From Holosporaceae bacterium UBA7879 (GTDB lineage: Bacteria; Pseudomonadota; Alphaproteobacteria; UBA7879), in contig DLRV01000020.1 in NCBI GenBank assembly GCA_002500565.1, positions 1 through 63,836 of the forward strand: a stretch of DNA of 63,836 nucleotides, in the 5' to 3' direction. This document shows positions 19,464 through 29,862 of this stretch, one piece after another (the first letter of the stretch is position 1; every line of letters begins with the position of its first letter). The notes under the pieces were generated by a model, which saw only the letters and a program-made list of their open reading frames with translations, did not search any database and was not told the origin of the DNA. A program made the translations under genes and the position numbers.

Positions 19464-20773
19464 TTCCAGATAGTACTTTGTCAAAAAAATATTTTTTATA
19501 CGGCCTTGGAAAGTCTAACCGTTCTTGTGCGCAGTATTTCAAAGAAAATAACATTGAATATGCTGTTTGGGATGATCAAGAAGATGTGCGGAGGCAGTTC
19601 AGAGATGAGTTTCCAAACAGTCAATTTGTGGACTTAAATACGCATACTTTTCAAAAAACAGATGGAATTGTTGTTTCACCAGGTATTAAAACCACATTTC
19701 CAAAGGAAAATAGAATTATCAAAAATGCGCGCCAAGCAGATGCATACGTTGGGTGTGATGTAGATCTGTTTCTTAGAAGCATTGCAAATAAAACGATTAT
19801 TGGGGTTACCGGTACAAATGGAAAATCAACCGTTGTTGCGCTTATTGCGCATGTTCTAAGACAGTTGGGGTATAAAGCGATTGCGGGTGGGAATATTGGC
19901 TTGCCAGTTTTTGAAATGGAGGCCTCTGATATTTATGTGCTTGAACTGTCTTCTTTTCAATTGGAGCTTATAAGTCAACGAGCATTAGATTGTGCGGTGA
20001 TCCTTAATATCAGGCCAGATCATCTTGATCATCATGGAAATTTTTCTGCCTATTGTAAGGCAAAGTTCAGGATATATGATCTAGGGGCTGAAAAGTGCTT
20101 TCGATTGTACGGGGAAGATGCATTTCCAATGGCGCTTGATTCACGAGAAAAGATAAATATGCCGGGTGACTTTGAGTCATTGAAAACAATACTATTTGAG
20201 GAGCTGAGAAAAGAATCCCAAGAAATATATTTAGTAGGGAAAAACTTTGAGAATGTATTCAATGTTTTTTTAATTTTAAATCAAAAGTTTAACATTGAAT
20301 GCTCTGATTATGTTGAGGCGTTGAAAACGTTTTCGCCTTTGCCTTATCGACAGCAGATTGTTAAAAGTTTTGATAACATATTATTTGTGAATGATAGCAA
20401 AGCAACCAACTGTTCAGCTGCACTAGCTGCGATTGATTCATACGAAAATATATATTGGCTGGTTGGCGGCATCTTCAAAGAAACTTTAGCAGATTTAGAG
20501 ATTTTCAAAAAATCAAAAGACCGGATTGCCAAAATGTATTGTTATGGGCAAAGTGCAGAAATATTTGATACTTTTGCTGATCAATTAAAAAAACCAAGAG
20601 AGCGATTTGAGACTTTAGCGGAAGCTGTAAGTGCTGCCTATAAAGATTCAAAAATCGCTGGTGGGGGAGTGATTCTTTTATCGCCTTGTTGTAGTTCGTT
20701 TGATCAATTTAAAAATTTTGAAGATCGGGGTGAGAAGTTTAATCAGATCGTTTACTCGCTTGGGAAGTATTAA
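19460..20773 (+). CDS. murD: UDP-N-acetylmuramoylalanine--D-glutamate ligase
   Basis: P-loop VTGTNGKST, Mur ligase fold, 4-nt overlap with mraY. Confidence 0.9.
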   Translation: MIPDSTLSKKYFLYGLGKSNRSCAQYFKENNIEYAVWDDQEDVRRQFRDEFPNSQFVDLNTHTFQKTDGIVVSPGIKTTFPKENRIIKNARQADAYVGCDVDLFLRSIANKTIIGVTGTNGKSTVVALIAHVLRQLGYKAIAGGNIGLPVFEMEASDIYVLELSSFQLELISQRALDCAVILNIRPDHLDHHGNFSAYCKAKFRIYDLGAEKCFRLYGEDAFPMALDSREKINMPGDFESLKTILFEELRKESQEIYLVGKNFENVFNVFLILNQKFNIECSDYVEALKTFSPLPYRQQIVKSFDNILFVNDSKATNCSAALAAIDSYENIYWLVGGIFKETLADLEIFKKSKDRIAKMYCYGQSAEIFDTFADQLKKPRERFETLAEAVSAAYKDSKIAGGGVILLSPCCSSFDQFKNFEDRGEKFNQIVYSLGKY

Positions 20774-21891
20774 TGAGTTTAATTTTTTCAAGAACAGATA
20801 AAAGTATGCTGGGTCAATGGTGGTGGACTGTTGATAGAAGCTTATTGGCAGCAGCGATGGCCTTAATTGCAATTGGTGTACTGTTAAGTTTTTCTGCAAG
20901 CCCTGTTGTTGCCAAGCGTATTGGGGCTGAACCGTATTTTTTTGTGTATCGCCACCTGATATATATCTTTCCGTCTATATTGTTGATGGTCTTTTTTTCA
21001 ATGTTGTCCGTTCAAACAATGCGATTGATATGTTGGGGCGGGCTTTTGGTGACTTTTATACTTCTGGTATTAACGCCATTTATAGGTAAAGAAATTAAGG
21101 GAGCTGTTCGGTGGATTCATATTTCATTTTTTTCATTACAAGTAACTGAGATTTTTAAACCTTTTTATATTGTCATAACAGCTTGGATCCTTTCTAAAAA
21201 CTGGTTCAATAATATAATGAAGACGTGGGCTTTTTCTGCATTTTTAACAGTACTGGTTGTATTTTTTGTGATGCTCCAGCCAGACTTTGGTATGAGTTTT
21301 GTTATTTGTGTGGTTTGGTTTGTGCAAATTTTTGTGTCTGGACTACCATTATTGTGGGTTTTGATCGTTGCTCTTGGTGGTCTTGTCTCAGTTGTGGTGA
21401 TTTATTACCTCTTTGAACACGTAGCAAGTCGTATAGATCGGTTTTTAGGTCTTTCACAACAAGCTGATTTGTATCAAATCCAACAGTCTCTACATTCCAT
21501 AAAAAATGGTGGTTTTTTTGGCGTGGGACCTGGTGAGGGGCATTTCAAAATGTTTTTGCCAGATGCCCATGCTGACTTCATTTTTGCTGTTGCTATTGAA
21601 GAATTTGGTGTGATTATGGGATTAATTATCTTGTTTTTATTTATTTTTATTTTTACCAAAGCATTTTTTTGTTATGTAAATGACCAAAATATGTTTCGCC
21701 AGCTTGCAATGCTTGGCATTGTAATTCAGTTTGCAGTTCAAATGATTGTTAATATTTCCTCAACGCTTAGCCTTATCCCTACAAAGGGGATGACTTTACC
21801 TTTTATTAGTTATGGAGGATCATCACTTATTGGTGTGTCAATTGGTATGGGTATTTTGCTCTGTTTAACCCGTCAAAGTCGGATAGATTAA
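20773..21891 (+). CDS. ftsW: Peptidoglycan glycosyltransferase / cell division protein FtsW
   Basis: SEDS family polytopic protein with QPDFG and LPFISYGGSS motifs. TAATG overlap with murD. Confidence 0.9.
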   Translation: MSLIFSRTDKSMLGQWWWTVDRSLLAAAMALIAIGVLLSFSASPVVAKRIGAEPYFFVYRHLIYIFPSILLMVFFSMLSVQTMRLICWGGLLVTFILLVLTPFIGKEIKGAVRWIHISFFSLQVTEIFKPFYIVITAWILSKNWFNNIMKTWAFSAFLTVLVVFFVMLQPDFGMSFVICVVWFVQIFVSGLPLLWVLIVALGGLVSVVVIYYLFEHVASRIDRFLGLSQQADLYQIQQSLHSIKNGGFFGVGPGEGHFKMFLPDAHADFIFAVAIEEFGVIMGLIILFLFIFIFTKAFFCYVNDQNMFRQLAMLGIVIQFAVQMIVNISSTLSLIPTKGMTLPFISYGGSSLIGVSIGMGILLCLTRQSRID

Positions 21892-23018
21892 TGGATAAGA
21901 ATAAACAGACACATAAAAGAAGAATTCTTTTAGCAACAGGTGGTTCTGGAGGGCATGTATCACCAAGCTTGTCCCTGGCCCATGCACTTACTAAGCAAGG
22001 TTTTGAGGTTGGAATTTCCTATGATTCACGTACTAAACATCTTATGCAAAACATAAGTGAAGATAATATTCAAACCTTTGAATTGCCTATTCATAAGCGA
22101 CATTCAGGGTTGAGGGGTATGTTTGTTTTTGTGTGGCAAATACTTAAAGGCTTGTATTTTAGTGCTAAAATTCTAAGGAGTTTCCAACCTGATCTTGTTG
22201 TGGGTTTTGGAAGTTATGCCTCTTTTCCAATGGTTTTAATTGCAATGATCAAGGGAATGCCATTAGTTTTACACGAGCAAAATGCTGTTCTGGGTCAAGT
22301 GAATAGATTTGCTATTCGTTCGGCAATTTTTCTTGCAGTATCTTTTGAAAACACAAAGAGGGTTCCTCCAAAAGACCAACATAAAATAGTGTTCACTGGT
22401 AACCCTGTTCGAGGAGTTTTTGAGCAGAAACTTGCTTCTGTTTTTCACCCACCTAAAGACAACGATCCTATTTCCATCTTTATCATTGCAGGGAGTCAGG
22501 GTTCTTTTGTTTTTGATCGTTTTATATCAATGGGTTTAACGCTTTTGCCACTTGAGGTTCGGAGACGTCTTAATGTTGTGCAGCAGGTAAGAGAAGAGAA
22601 TATCGCTGCTGTTAGAAAGCTGTATAGTGACCATGAAATAGAGGCTGAGCTTTCACCCTACTTTGATGATGTTCAGTTACATTTTTCAAAGGCTCATCTC
22701 GTGGTGGCTCGCGGTGGATCCAGCACTTTGTTTGAGTTGTTACAAATGGGTCGGCCGGGGATTATCATTCCTTTAAAAACATCAAAGGATAATCACCAAT
22801 ATGAAAATGCAGTCGCTCTTCAAAAAATGGGTGCAGCGTTATTAATTGACCAAAATGATATAAGTGGAGAAAAGATTGCTAAAGCAATGGTCTCTCTTTT
22901 GCTTTACCCACATCTTTTAGAGCGCATGCATCAAAATGCACTGCGTAATCGTTCTATTCATGCAGCTGAAAAACTAGCTTCTTCGATTGAGGAAGTGTTC
23001 ATGAAAAAAGGCTTGTAA
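21891..23018 (+). CDS. murG: UDP-N-acetylglucosamine--N-acetylmuramyl-(pentapeptide) pyrophosphoryl-undecaprenol GlcNAc transferase
   Basis: N-terminal TGGSGGHVSP loop and C-terminal HQYENA motif. TAATG overlap with ftsW. Confidence 0.92.
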   Translation: MDKNKQTHKRRILLATGGSGGHVSPSLSLAHALTKQGFEVGISYDSRTKHLMQNISEDNIQTFELPIHKRHSGLRGMFVFVWQILKGLYFSAKILRSFQPDLVVGFGSYASFPMVLIAMIKGMPLVLHEQNAVLGQVNRFAIRSAIFLAVSFENTKRVPPKDQHKIVFTGNPVRGVFEQKLASVFHPPKDNDPISIFIIAGSQGSFVFDRFISMGLTLLPLEVRRRLNVVQQVREENIAAVRKLYSDHEIEAELSPYFDDVQLHFSKAHLVVARGGSSTLFELLQMGRPGIIIPLKTSKDNHQYENAVALQKMGAALLIDQNDISGEKIAKAMVSLLLYPHLLERMHQNALRNRSIHAAEKLASSIEEVFMKKGL

Positions 23019-23021
23019 TCA

Positions 23022-24431
23022 ATGCTTAATATTTCTCCGCTAACGATTAGTAAGATTCATATTATTGGCATTGGCGGTATTGGTATGAGTGGTATTGCTA
23101 AAGTTTTAGCTCATATGGGATATCAAGTACAAGGGAGCGATCAGCAACTTAGCGCGAATATTGAGCGCCTTAATGAGCAGGAAATCGATGTTAAAATTGG
23201 CCATCAAGAAAATAATATAACATCTGATATTGAGGCGATTGTTTATTCAAGTGCTGTTGATCAAAATAATCCTGAATTGATTGCAGGCAAAAAACTTGGA
23301 ATACCTCTTCTTAAAAGAGCAGAGATGCTCTCGGAATTGATGCGTTTTTATCACACGATTGCTATTTCAGGGAGCCATGGTAAAACAACCACAACCTCAC
23401 TGATTGGGCACGTTTTAAAGGATATTTCTCCAACTGTTATTAATGGAGGCGTTGCCAATCAGGATGGGTCAAATGTTCAGATTGGCTCTGGTCAATGGAT
23501 GGTTGTTGAGGCAGATGAGTCTGATGCAACATTTGTGAGAGTACCGGCCACGGTTGGTGTGGTTACAAATATTGATCCTGAGCACCTAGAGTTTTATGGT
23601 AGTTTTGAGTCTGTTATTGATCATTTTAAACAATTCATTGAGGGTATTGCTTTTTATGGCTTTGCTGTTTTGTGTTATGACCACACAGAGGTTCGCAATC
23701 TAGCAGTTCAAGCAATTGACACACGTGTTATAACTTACGGTTTTGAAGCGGGCGCAGATTATCAGATCTGTCGTTTTCAATCTGATTTGACAGGGATATA
23801 TTTTGATGTTTGTACGCAAGATAAAGAAATTGTTTTTGAAAATATATTTGTGCCCTTGCATGGTAAACATAATGCGTTGAATGCTTTGGCAGCTGTTGTT
23901 GTTGCGCTTAAGTTAAGGGTTGCTCCGGATAGCATCAGAAAACAGCTTGCATGTTTTGAAGGAGTAAGAAGGCGCTTTTCAAAAACGGCAATCACTCAAA
24001 ATATACAATACATTGATGATTATGCACATCATCCTGTGGAAATTAAGGCGGTTATTGAAACGGCAAAGCCTTTGACAAAAGGTAAACTGGTTGTGGTTTT
24101 TCAGCCGCATCGTTACAGTCGTTTAGATTCACTTTTTGAAAATTTCCTAGACTCAATGAAAGCCAGTGATCATCTATTTGTTTTACCTGTTTATGAAGCA
24201 GGGGAAATTAAAAATAACAGAAAAGATCATGTTGATTTTGCCCAGGCATATCAGTCTGAGACAGGGGGAATCTGTCACACAATTGACTCAAAAAATCAAC
24301 TTGCGCATTCTATTTGTGAACTTAACTTGCCAATTGGGTCGACAGTTTTATTTGTTGGTGCAGGCGATATAACCAAATGGGCTTATGAAATCCCTAGTTT
24401 GGTTGAGGAAAAAATAGGCCAGTCCGCATGA
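23022..24431 (+). CDS. murC: UDP-N-acetylmuramate--L-alanine ligase
   Basis: Rossmann IGIGGIGMSG, P-loop ISGSHGKTTT, DDYAHHP motif. Confidence 0.93.
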   Translation: MLNISPLTISKIHIIGIGGIGMSGIAKVLAHMGYQVQGSDQQLSANIERLNEQEIDVKIGHQENNITSDIEAIVYSSAVDQNNPELIAGKKLGIPLLKRAEMLSELMRFYHTIAISGSHGKTTTTSLIGHVLKDISPTVINGGVANQDGSNVQIGSGQWMVVEADESDATFVRVPATVGVVTNIDPEHLEFYGSFESVIDHFKQFIEGIAFYGFAVLCYDHTEVRNLAVQAIDTRVITYGFEAGADYQICRFQSDLTGIYFDVCTQDKEIVFENIFVPLHGKHNALNALAAVVVALKLRVAPDSIRKQLACFEGVRRRFSKTAITQNIQYIDDYAHHPVEIKAVIETAKPLTKGKLVVVFQPHRYSRLDSLFENFLDSMKASDHLFVLPVYEAGEIKNNRKDHVDFAQAYQSETGGICHTIDSKNQLAHSICELNLPIGSTVLFVGAGDITKWAYEIPSLVEEKIGQSA

Positions 24432-25357
24432 TGGATGTTTTTTTTGAGAGATATCATGCACTGTGCCGATTCAGTGTTTCTTTGGGGCCGATGGTTTGGT
24501 TTAGAGTTGGTGGACAGGCACAGGTGTTTTTTAAACCGAGCGATCAAACTTCTTTGCAAGAGTTTATTTCCGAATGCCCTGCTGAAATTCCACTGTTTCC
24601 ACTAGGCGTTGGATCAAATTTATTAATCCGTGATGGTGGAATTAAAGGTATTGTGATTCGTTTAGGTAAGGCTTTTACATCGATTCGCTTTGAGGATGAC
24701 TTGGTTTATGTGGGGGCAGGGGCGCTTGATCGAACGGTGGCACTTATGGCAGCTGAACAAGGGTTGACCGGATTAGAGTTTTTATCTGGCATTCCTGGAA
24801 CAATAGGCGGTGCTGTTAAAATGAATGCTGGCGCCTATGGTTCTGAAGTTAAGGATGTATTTGTTAGTTGCAAAGTAATAACGCGTCAGGGTGAAATTGT
24901 TGAAAAAAAATTAGAAGATTTAAATTTCACTTATCGAAAAAGCGCCATTGAAGCCGATGACATAATTTTAGAAGCAACCTTTAAAGCGCAAAAAGGATCT
25001 AAAGAAGAATCACTTCATAAAATAGAAAGCATACAAAGAAATCGAGCTTTATCGCAGCCCATTAAAGGGCAAACAGGAGGGAGTACATTTAAAAACCCAG
25101 CTGGTGAAAGCGCATGGAAATTAATTGATCAAGCAGGGTGTCGAGGCCTGCGTTTTGGTAAAGCACAAGTTTCTGAAAAGCACTGTAATTTTTTGCTTAA
25201 TACAGGTGGTGCTTCGGCTTATGAAATTGAGACATTGGCTGAAGAAGTTCGAAGACGTGTTTATGACCAATCAAAAATTTTGCTAGAATGGGAAATTAAA
25301 CGGGTTGGTCAAATGATACCTATAGAAAATTACAAAGAAAAACACCATGCGTATTAA
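24428..25357 (+). CDS. murB: UDP-N-acetylenolpyruvoylglucosamine reductase
   Basis: FAD-binding WFRVGGQA and GVGSNLL, and GGSTFKNP. 4-nt overlap with murC. Confidence 0.92.
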   Translation: MMDVFFERYHALCRFSVSLGPMVWFRVGGQAQVFFKPSDQTSLQEFISECPAEIPLFPLGVGSNLLIRDGGIKGIVIRLGKAFTSIRFEDDLVYVGAGALDRTVALMAAEQGLTGLEFLSGIPGTIGGAVKMNAGAYGSEVKDVFVSCKVITRQGEIVEKKLEDLNFTYRKSAIEADDIILEATFKAQKGSKEESLHKIESIQRNRALSQPIKGQTGGSTFKNPAGESAWKLIDQAGCRGLRFGKAQVSEKHCNFLLNTGGASAYEIETLAEEVRRRVYDQSKILLEWEIKRVGQMIPIENYKEKHHAY

Positions 25358-26126
25358 CCAGCAAAGAACAACGCGATCAAAACGCATGGCTAGAAAAAAG
25401 CCTTTGTTAAAAAGGTGGCTATATATAGCTGGCCTATGCTTTATTGTGTTTTTAGGTTTTTTTGTGTGGAGTCGTTTTGATTCCTGGATGAGAGATCTTT
25501 CAATTTTTGCTGATACTTTGCAAAAAAAAACAGGATTTGTTGTTGAAGAAGTTTTGGTGGAAGGGCGAAATAAAACCAATAAAAATGATTTGCTGAAAAC
25601 AGCTGGAATATCACTTCATTCTCCTATCCTTTCTTTATCTTTGAAAAATACGCATCAGCAGATTATGTCCATGCCATGGGTTGATCAGGTTGTTATTGAA
25701 CGACATTTGCCAGACACAATCCTTATTCGCTTAAGAGAGCATGTTCCCTATGCATTGTGGCAATATGGTCAGAAGATATCTTTAATTTCACAAGAGGGAC
25801 AAGAAATTTCTATCGATCAAATAGAGGGGTATAGAGGGTTACCCAAGGTGGTGGGAGAGGGCGCTTTACCAAAGGCAAAGCAAATTATAGAAACTCTTAA
25901 AAAGTACCCAGAATTTTGGCGTGATTTCCATTATGCACAGTATGTCGGTAAACGAAGATGGACAATCCATTTAAAAAATAAGCTCAAGACTAAAATTGAC
26001 CTACCCGAAAAGAACTATATTCAAGCTCTTGATCGATTAAAAAGATACGAAAAACAACATCAAGCAACGCGTCGATTTAGATATATTGACCTAAGATTGT
26101 CTGATAAAGTGATTGTGAAAAAGTAA
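25347..26126 (+). CDS. ftsQ: Cell division protein FtsQ
   Basis: Basic N-terminus, one TM, POTRA-like segment (VVEEVLVEGRNKTNKNDLL). Lies between murB and ftsA and overlaps the murB end by 11 nt. Confidence 0.85.
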   Translation: MRINQQRTTRSKRMARKKPLLKRWLYIAGLCFIVFLGFFVWSRFDSWMRDLSIFADTLQKKTGFVVEEVLVEGRNKTNKNDLLKTAGISLHSPILSLSLKNTHQQIMSMPWVDQVVIERHLPDTILIRLREHVPYALWQYGQKISLISQEGQEISIDQIEGYRGLPKVVGEGALPKAKQIIETLKKYPEFWRDFHYAQYVGKRRWTIHLKNKLKTKIDLPEKNYIQALDRLKRYEKQHQATRRFRYIDLRLSDKVIVKK

Positions 26127-26127
26127 T

Positions 26128-27345
26128 ATGACCAGTCCTGAAAAACTTAGTAAATACATACAGGCAGTTTTAGACATTGGTGCGCATAAAATCACATGCT
26201 TGATTGGGACATATGATTCGTTCAGCAAAAAGCTGTTGATCAAAAGCATATATCAAACTGCCTCTAGAGGGATGGCAAAAGGGAAAGTTGTTAGCGCTGA
26301 TGATCTTGAAGCTTCAATCTTAAAGTGTGTTAGTCAAACCGAGCAGCAGTATGGTGAGCCTATCAAGTCAGTTGCTATAAATGTTGCTAATATTGATGTG
26401 TTGTCTGAATGGACGCAAGTTAGACAATCTTTATCCGGCAGGATTATTGATGAAACACACCTTGTTCGCCTGCGTGACATTGAAGATACTTTGCCAAGCG
26501 AACGTGATTTTGATTTGATTTATGCAAAAGAGCTAACTTTAACCGTTGATAAGAAAACAGTGGAAGGATCGCCCATAGGTTTGTCTGGGCAAGTTCTTTC
26601 GGCAGTTTTCCATGTAATGACAGCAAAACGTGATTTTCTTAGGTCTATTAGAACCGTTGTAAGACGTTGTCATCTTAAAATTGATGGTTTTTATTTTGCG
26701 GGTATGTCTGCAGGATTTGGTTGTTCATCTTATGACGAACGTGTTCAAGGCGTAACTGTTTTAGATATTGGCGCTGATCAGACGTGTGTTGCGATGTTTC
26801 ATAAAGGAAAGTTTGTATACGGGAGTGTAATCCCAGTTGGTGGAAAGCATATAACGCGTGATATTGCACAAGCATTTAAATTATCTATTCAAGATGCTGA
26901 ACGGGTTAAAAATTTATATGGTAGTTTGGTTGCTTCTCCAGCTGATCGCGCCGAAAGAATCTATTTGCCTGGCAATGGTAATCTAACAATTACAAAAGCT
27001 GATTTAATTGAAGTGATTTTTTATCGCGCTCAAGAAATTTTTATGATGGCCAAACAAAAAGTTCAAGGGCAAAGGTTAGAGGCAACGGCAGGATGTAGAT
27101 ATATTATTACTGGTGGAAGTTGTCAGTTACCCGGCATGCGAGAGCTGGGTAATAGATTGCTGGAAAAGCCGGTGCGAATTGGTAGGCCATTGGCTGTTGC
27201 TGGCGCAGAGTCATACATGCAAGACCCTGGGGTAACAGGCGCTGTTGGCCTATTATATGCAAGCTTACTCGATTATAAAACTGGATCACGTCAAAATAAA
27301 AAGTGGCATCAAAGAATCGGGGCTTGGATCAAAGAAAATTTATAG
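26128..27345 (+). CDS. ftsA: Cell division protein FtsA
   Basis: Actin-like ATPase ([29 protein letters not shown]). Precedes ftsZ. Confidence 0.92.
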   Translation: MTSPEKLSKYIQAVLDIGAHKITCLIGTYDSFSKKLLIKSIYQTASRGMAKGKVVSADDLEASILKCVSQTEQQYGEPIKSVAINVANIDVLSEWTQVRQSLSGRIIDETHLVRLRDIEDTLPSERDFDLIYAKELTLTVDKKTVEGSPIGLSGQVLSAVFHVMTAKRDFLRSIRTVVRRCHLKIDGFYFAGMSAGFGCSSYDERVQGVTVLDIGADQTCVAMFHKGKFVYGSVIPVGGKHITRDIAQAFKLSIQDAERVKNLYGSLVASPADRAERIYLPGNGNLTITKADLIEVIFYRAQEIFMMAKQKVQGQRLEATAGCRYIITGGSCQLPGMRELGNRLLEKPVRIGRPLAVAGAESYMQDPGVTGAVGLLYASLLDYKTGSRQNKKWHQRIGAWIKENL

Positions 27346-27373
27346 TAAACTACAAATACAAAAAGGAAGTAAA

Positions 27374-28828
27374 ATGTCTGACTTAAATCAAATTGATAAC
27401 ACTAAACCAAGAATTACTGTTATTGGCGTTGGGGGCGCTGGTGGAAATGCTGTTAACAATATGATTCGAGCCAACTTGGAAGGCGTTGATTTCTTGGTTT
27501 GTAATACGGATGCTCAAGCGTTACGCGAGTCTTTAGCTGAGAAAAAAATTCAAATTGGGAATGATACAACCCAGGGTTTAGGAGCTGGGTCAAAACCTGA
27601 CATGGGTCGTCTTTCAGCTGAAGAAGACATTGAAGAGGTGATGAAGCAAATAAAAGGCTCGCACATGCTCTTTGTGACGGCCGGCATGGGTGGTGGAACT
27701 GGAACGGGAGCAGCACCTGTCATTGCTAAAGCAGCACGTGAAATGGGGGTTTTAACCATTGGTGTTGTAACCAAGCCTTTTAATTTTGAAGGCATTCACC
27801 GAATGAAAACGGCTGAAAAAGGTATTGAAGAGATTCAAAACTGTGTGGATACGCTTATTGTAATTCCAAACCAAAACCTCTTTCGTTTGGCAACTGATAC
27901 AACAACGTTTGCTGATGCCTTTAACATGGCTGATAATGTGCTGCATTCAGGTGTGCGTGGAGTAACAGATTTAATGATTATGCCTGGTTTGATCAATTTA
28001 GATTTTGCTGACGTTAAAACCGTTATGAGCGAAATGGGTAAAGCCATGATGGGGACAGGAGAAGCTGAAAATGAAAACCGAGCTATTGAAGCCGCTGAAG
28101 CAGCGATTGCAAATCCATTGCTGGATGAAGTTTCTATGCGCGGTGCAAAAGGTGTTTTGATTAACATCACGGGTGGCCTTGATATGACTCTGTTTGAAGT
28201 AGATGAAGCAGCAAATCGTATTCGTGAAGAAGTTGATGAATCAGCCAATATTATTTTTGGATCAACGTTTGATGAAAAAATGAGTGGTCGTATGCGGGTA
28301 TCCGTTGTTGCAACGGGTATCGATGCAAAGCCTGCTATAAAGAAAACATTTGGTGAGCAAATGAGTTTCTTAAAAACGCCATCTGATCAAGAACGTAATA
28401 TAAGTGCTTCATCAATGGAGGCAAACTCTCAGCCTGAAATTGCCCCCTATGAGCTTGGTGGTGTTGATGCTATACCAACACAAGCACAAGAGGGATTAAA
28501 TGAAGGCGTGGCAGAAAAGCCTGAGGGTTTCAGGTCGCAAGTAGCTGATGATGAAAAGTTGCCAGAGACACATTCACCAAAAAAGAAATCCTTTTTGGAG
28601 CGATGGGGCCTTGGCAAGAAAAGATCTACCCAGGAAGAAAAAGTTATGACAAGAGAGGACGTTGTACGCCCGCAGCCAGGAGTTAACTCTTCTCATCAAC
28701 CAATGCAAAACATGCCTTCTGAACAAGCGCCATATGAGAATATGTTTGACCAGCCTCAAGGATCTGAGAAAAAAGAGCAAGATGATTTAGATATTCCAGC
28801 GTTTCTTCGGGCAAAGAAAAAGAAGTAA
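27374..28828 (+). CDS. ftsZ: Cell division GTPase FtsZ
   Basis: Start placed at Met44 of the ORF-track ORF (MSDLNQ...[15 protein letters not shown]). Tubulin signature [10 protein letters not shown], a long Pro/Gln/Glu-rich linker and the conserved C-terminal peptide [10 protein letters not shown]. Confidence 0.95.
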   Translation: MSDLNQIDNTKPRITVIGVGGAGGNAVNNMIRANLEGVDFLVCNTDAQALRESLAEKKIQIGNDTTQGLGAGSKPDMGRLSAEEDIEEVMKQIKGSHMLFVTAGMGGGTGTGAAPVIAKAAREMGVLTIGVVTKPFNFEGIHRMKTAEKGIEEIQNCVDTLIVIPNQNLFRLATDTTTFADAFNMADNVLHSGVRGVTDLMIMPGLINLDFADVKTVMSEMGKAMMGTGEAENENRAIEAAEAAIANPLLDEVSMRGAKGVLINITGGLDMTLFEVDEAANRIREEVDESANIIFGSTFDEKMSGRMRVSVVATGIDAKPAIKKTFGEQMSFLKTPSDQERNISASSMEANSQPEIAPYELGGVDAIPTQAQEGLNEGVAEKPEGFRSQVADDEKLPETHSPKKKSFLERWGLGKKRSTQEEKVMTREDVVRPQPGVNSSHQPMQNMPSEQAPYENMFDQPQGSEKKEQDDLDIPAFLRAKKKK

Positions 28829-28902
28829 TACATTAGTGAATTTCTTTAATGTTTTGTGATTGTTTGAAATTGTTGTAGCATTCAATAGGTGTATGAAGAA
28901 AT

Positions 28903-29703
28903 ATGATGGTTATAAGTTGTCCTGACTGCGAAAAAAAGTTTCAAGTTGCTGATAGTGTTTTAGCTGGAAGAAAAACAGCAAAATTGCGTTGTTCAGGTTG
29001 TCAACATGTATGGGTGTATCAAGTTGAACAAGTAGATGAAAACAAGCCTTTGGATCTTGATCTTTCTTCTGATAGCAAAAATAGCACGCAAGATTTGTCA
29101 AATGACACAAACGAAGCTGTGGAGCCTGAAAACCCAAAGTTCGTAGTGAGCCAAACTGATAAAAAGGCTGTTGCCTATCAAGTTTCATCGATGCAGAAAA
29201 GACTGGTTTGGAGTCTGTATTTAGCAATTGCTTTGCTTATCATGATCCCAATTTTGGTTCTGATGCGTTACCATATTGTGAGTGTTATTCCACAAGCTGA
29301 AGTTGCCTACGAGGCGCTTGGTTTGGAAATTAATACACGCAATGAGTTTTTTAGTTTTCATGATGTGTCTTTTCGAAAGTTATCCACTGAATCGGGTGAT
29401 AAACTAATTATTCGTGGGAAAATTAAATACCAGCCGCCAGAGCAAGAGGCACGGTTAGTGCCACGGGTGCGCGTGACAGTCTATGGCAAGGCTGATTGTG
29501 GGAAGCAAGCCTGGTGGGACAAAAAACAAGTTGGTAATAACCATTTCCTAGAGCGGGGTTTATGTGTGCTGGATTCATGGACATTCTCTACAAAGGATAA
29601 CCTTGCGTTGCCTGGAGAAGTAATACCATTTGAAAAAGAAAAGATGTATCAATCGGAAGAAATCATGCCGTCTGAAATTAATCTGCAATTTGAAAAACAG
29701 TAA
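28903..29703 (+). CDS. ZitP-like membrane protein (MJ0042-type zinc ribbon, TM, DUF3426-like C-terminus)
   Basis: N-terminal CxxC...CxxC ribbon (CPDCEKKFQV...RCSGCQHVW), low-complexity linker, one TM (LVWSLYLAIALLIMIPILVL), and a beta-rich C-terminal domain. Confidence 0.6.
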   Translation: MMVISCPDCEKKFQVADSVLAGRKTAKLRCSGCQHVWVYQVEQVDENKPLDLDLSSDSKNSTQDLSNDTNEAVEPENPKFVVSQTDKKAVAYQVSSMQKRLVWSLYLAIALLIMIPILVLMRYHIVSVIPQAEVAYEALGLEINTRNEFFSFHDVSFRKLSTESGDKLIIRGKIKYQPPEQEARLVPRVRVTVYGKADCGKQAWWDKKQVGNNHFLERGLCVLDSWTFSTKDNLALPGEVIPFEKEKMYQSEEIMPSEINLQFEKQ

Positions 29704-29737
29704 TTAAATAATTTTTTACTATTTTTTAATATTTTTA

Positions 29738-29766
29738 TTGACAGCTAGCATTTTATTTGTTATTAA
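29738..29766 (+). promoter_or_regulatory. Sigma70-type promoter candidate for the 29863 gene
   Basis: TTGACA (29738-43), 17-nt spacer, TATTAA (29761-66), in a very AT-rich intergenic region. Confidence 0.45.
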
Positions 29767-29862
29767 GGCTGTAAGATCGATACATCTATAAGCTTTCTTT
29801 AGCGTCCAGTAATTTTTCAATTATGCTTTTTATACATAGAAATAACTTCAAGGATATAACAC

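Noticed and set aside
27245-27373. N-terminal 43-aa extension of ftsZ given by the ORF track
   Set aside because: The extension overlaps the end of ftsA and starts at TTG. The canonical FtsZ N-terminus (MSDLNQ...[12 protein letters not shown]) begins at the ATG at 27374, after a GGAAG-type SD.
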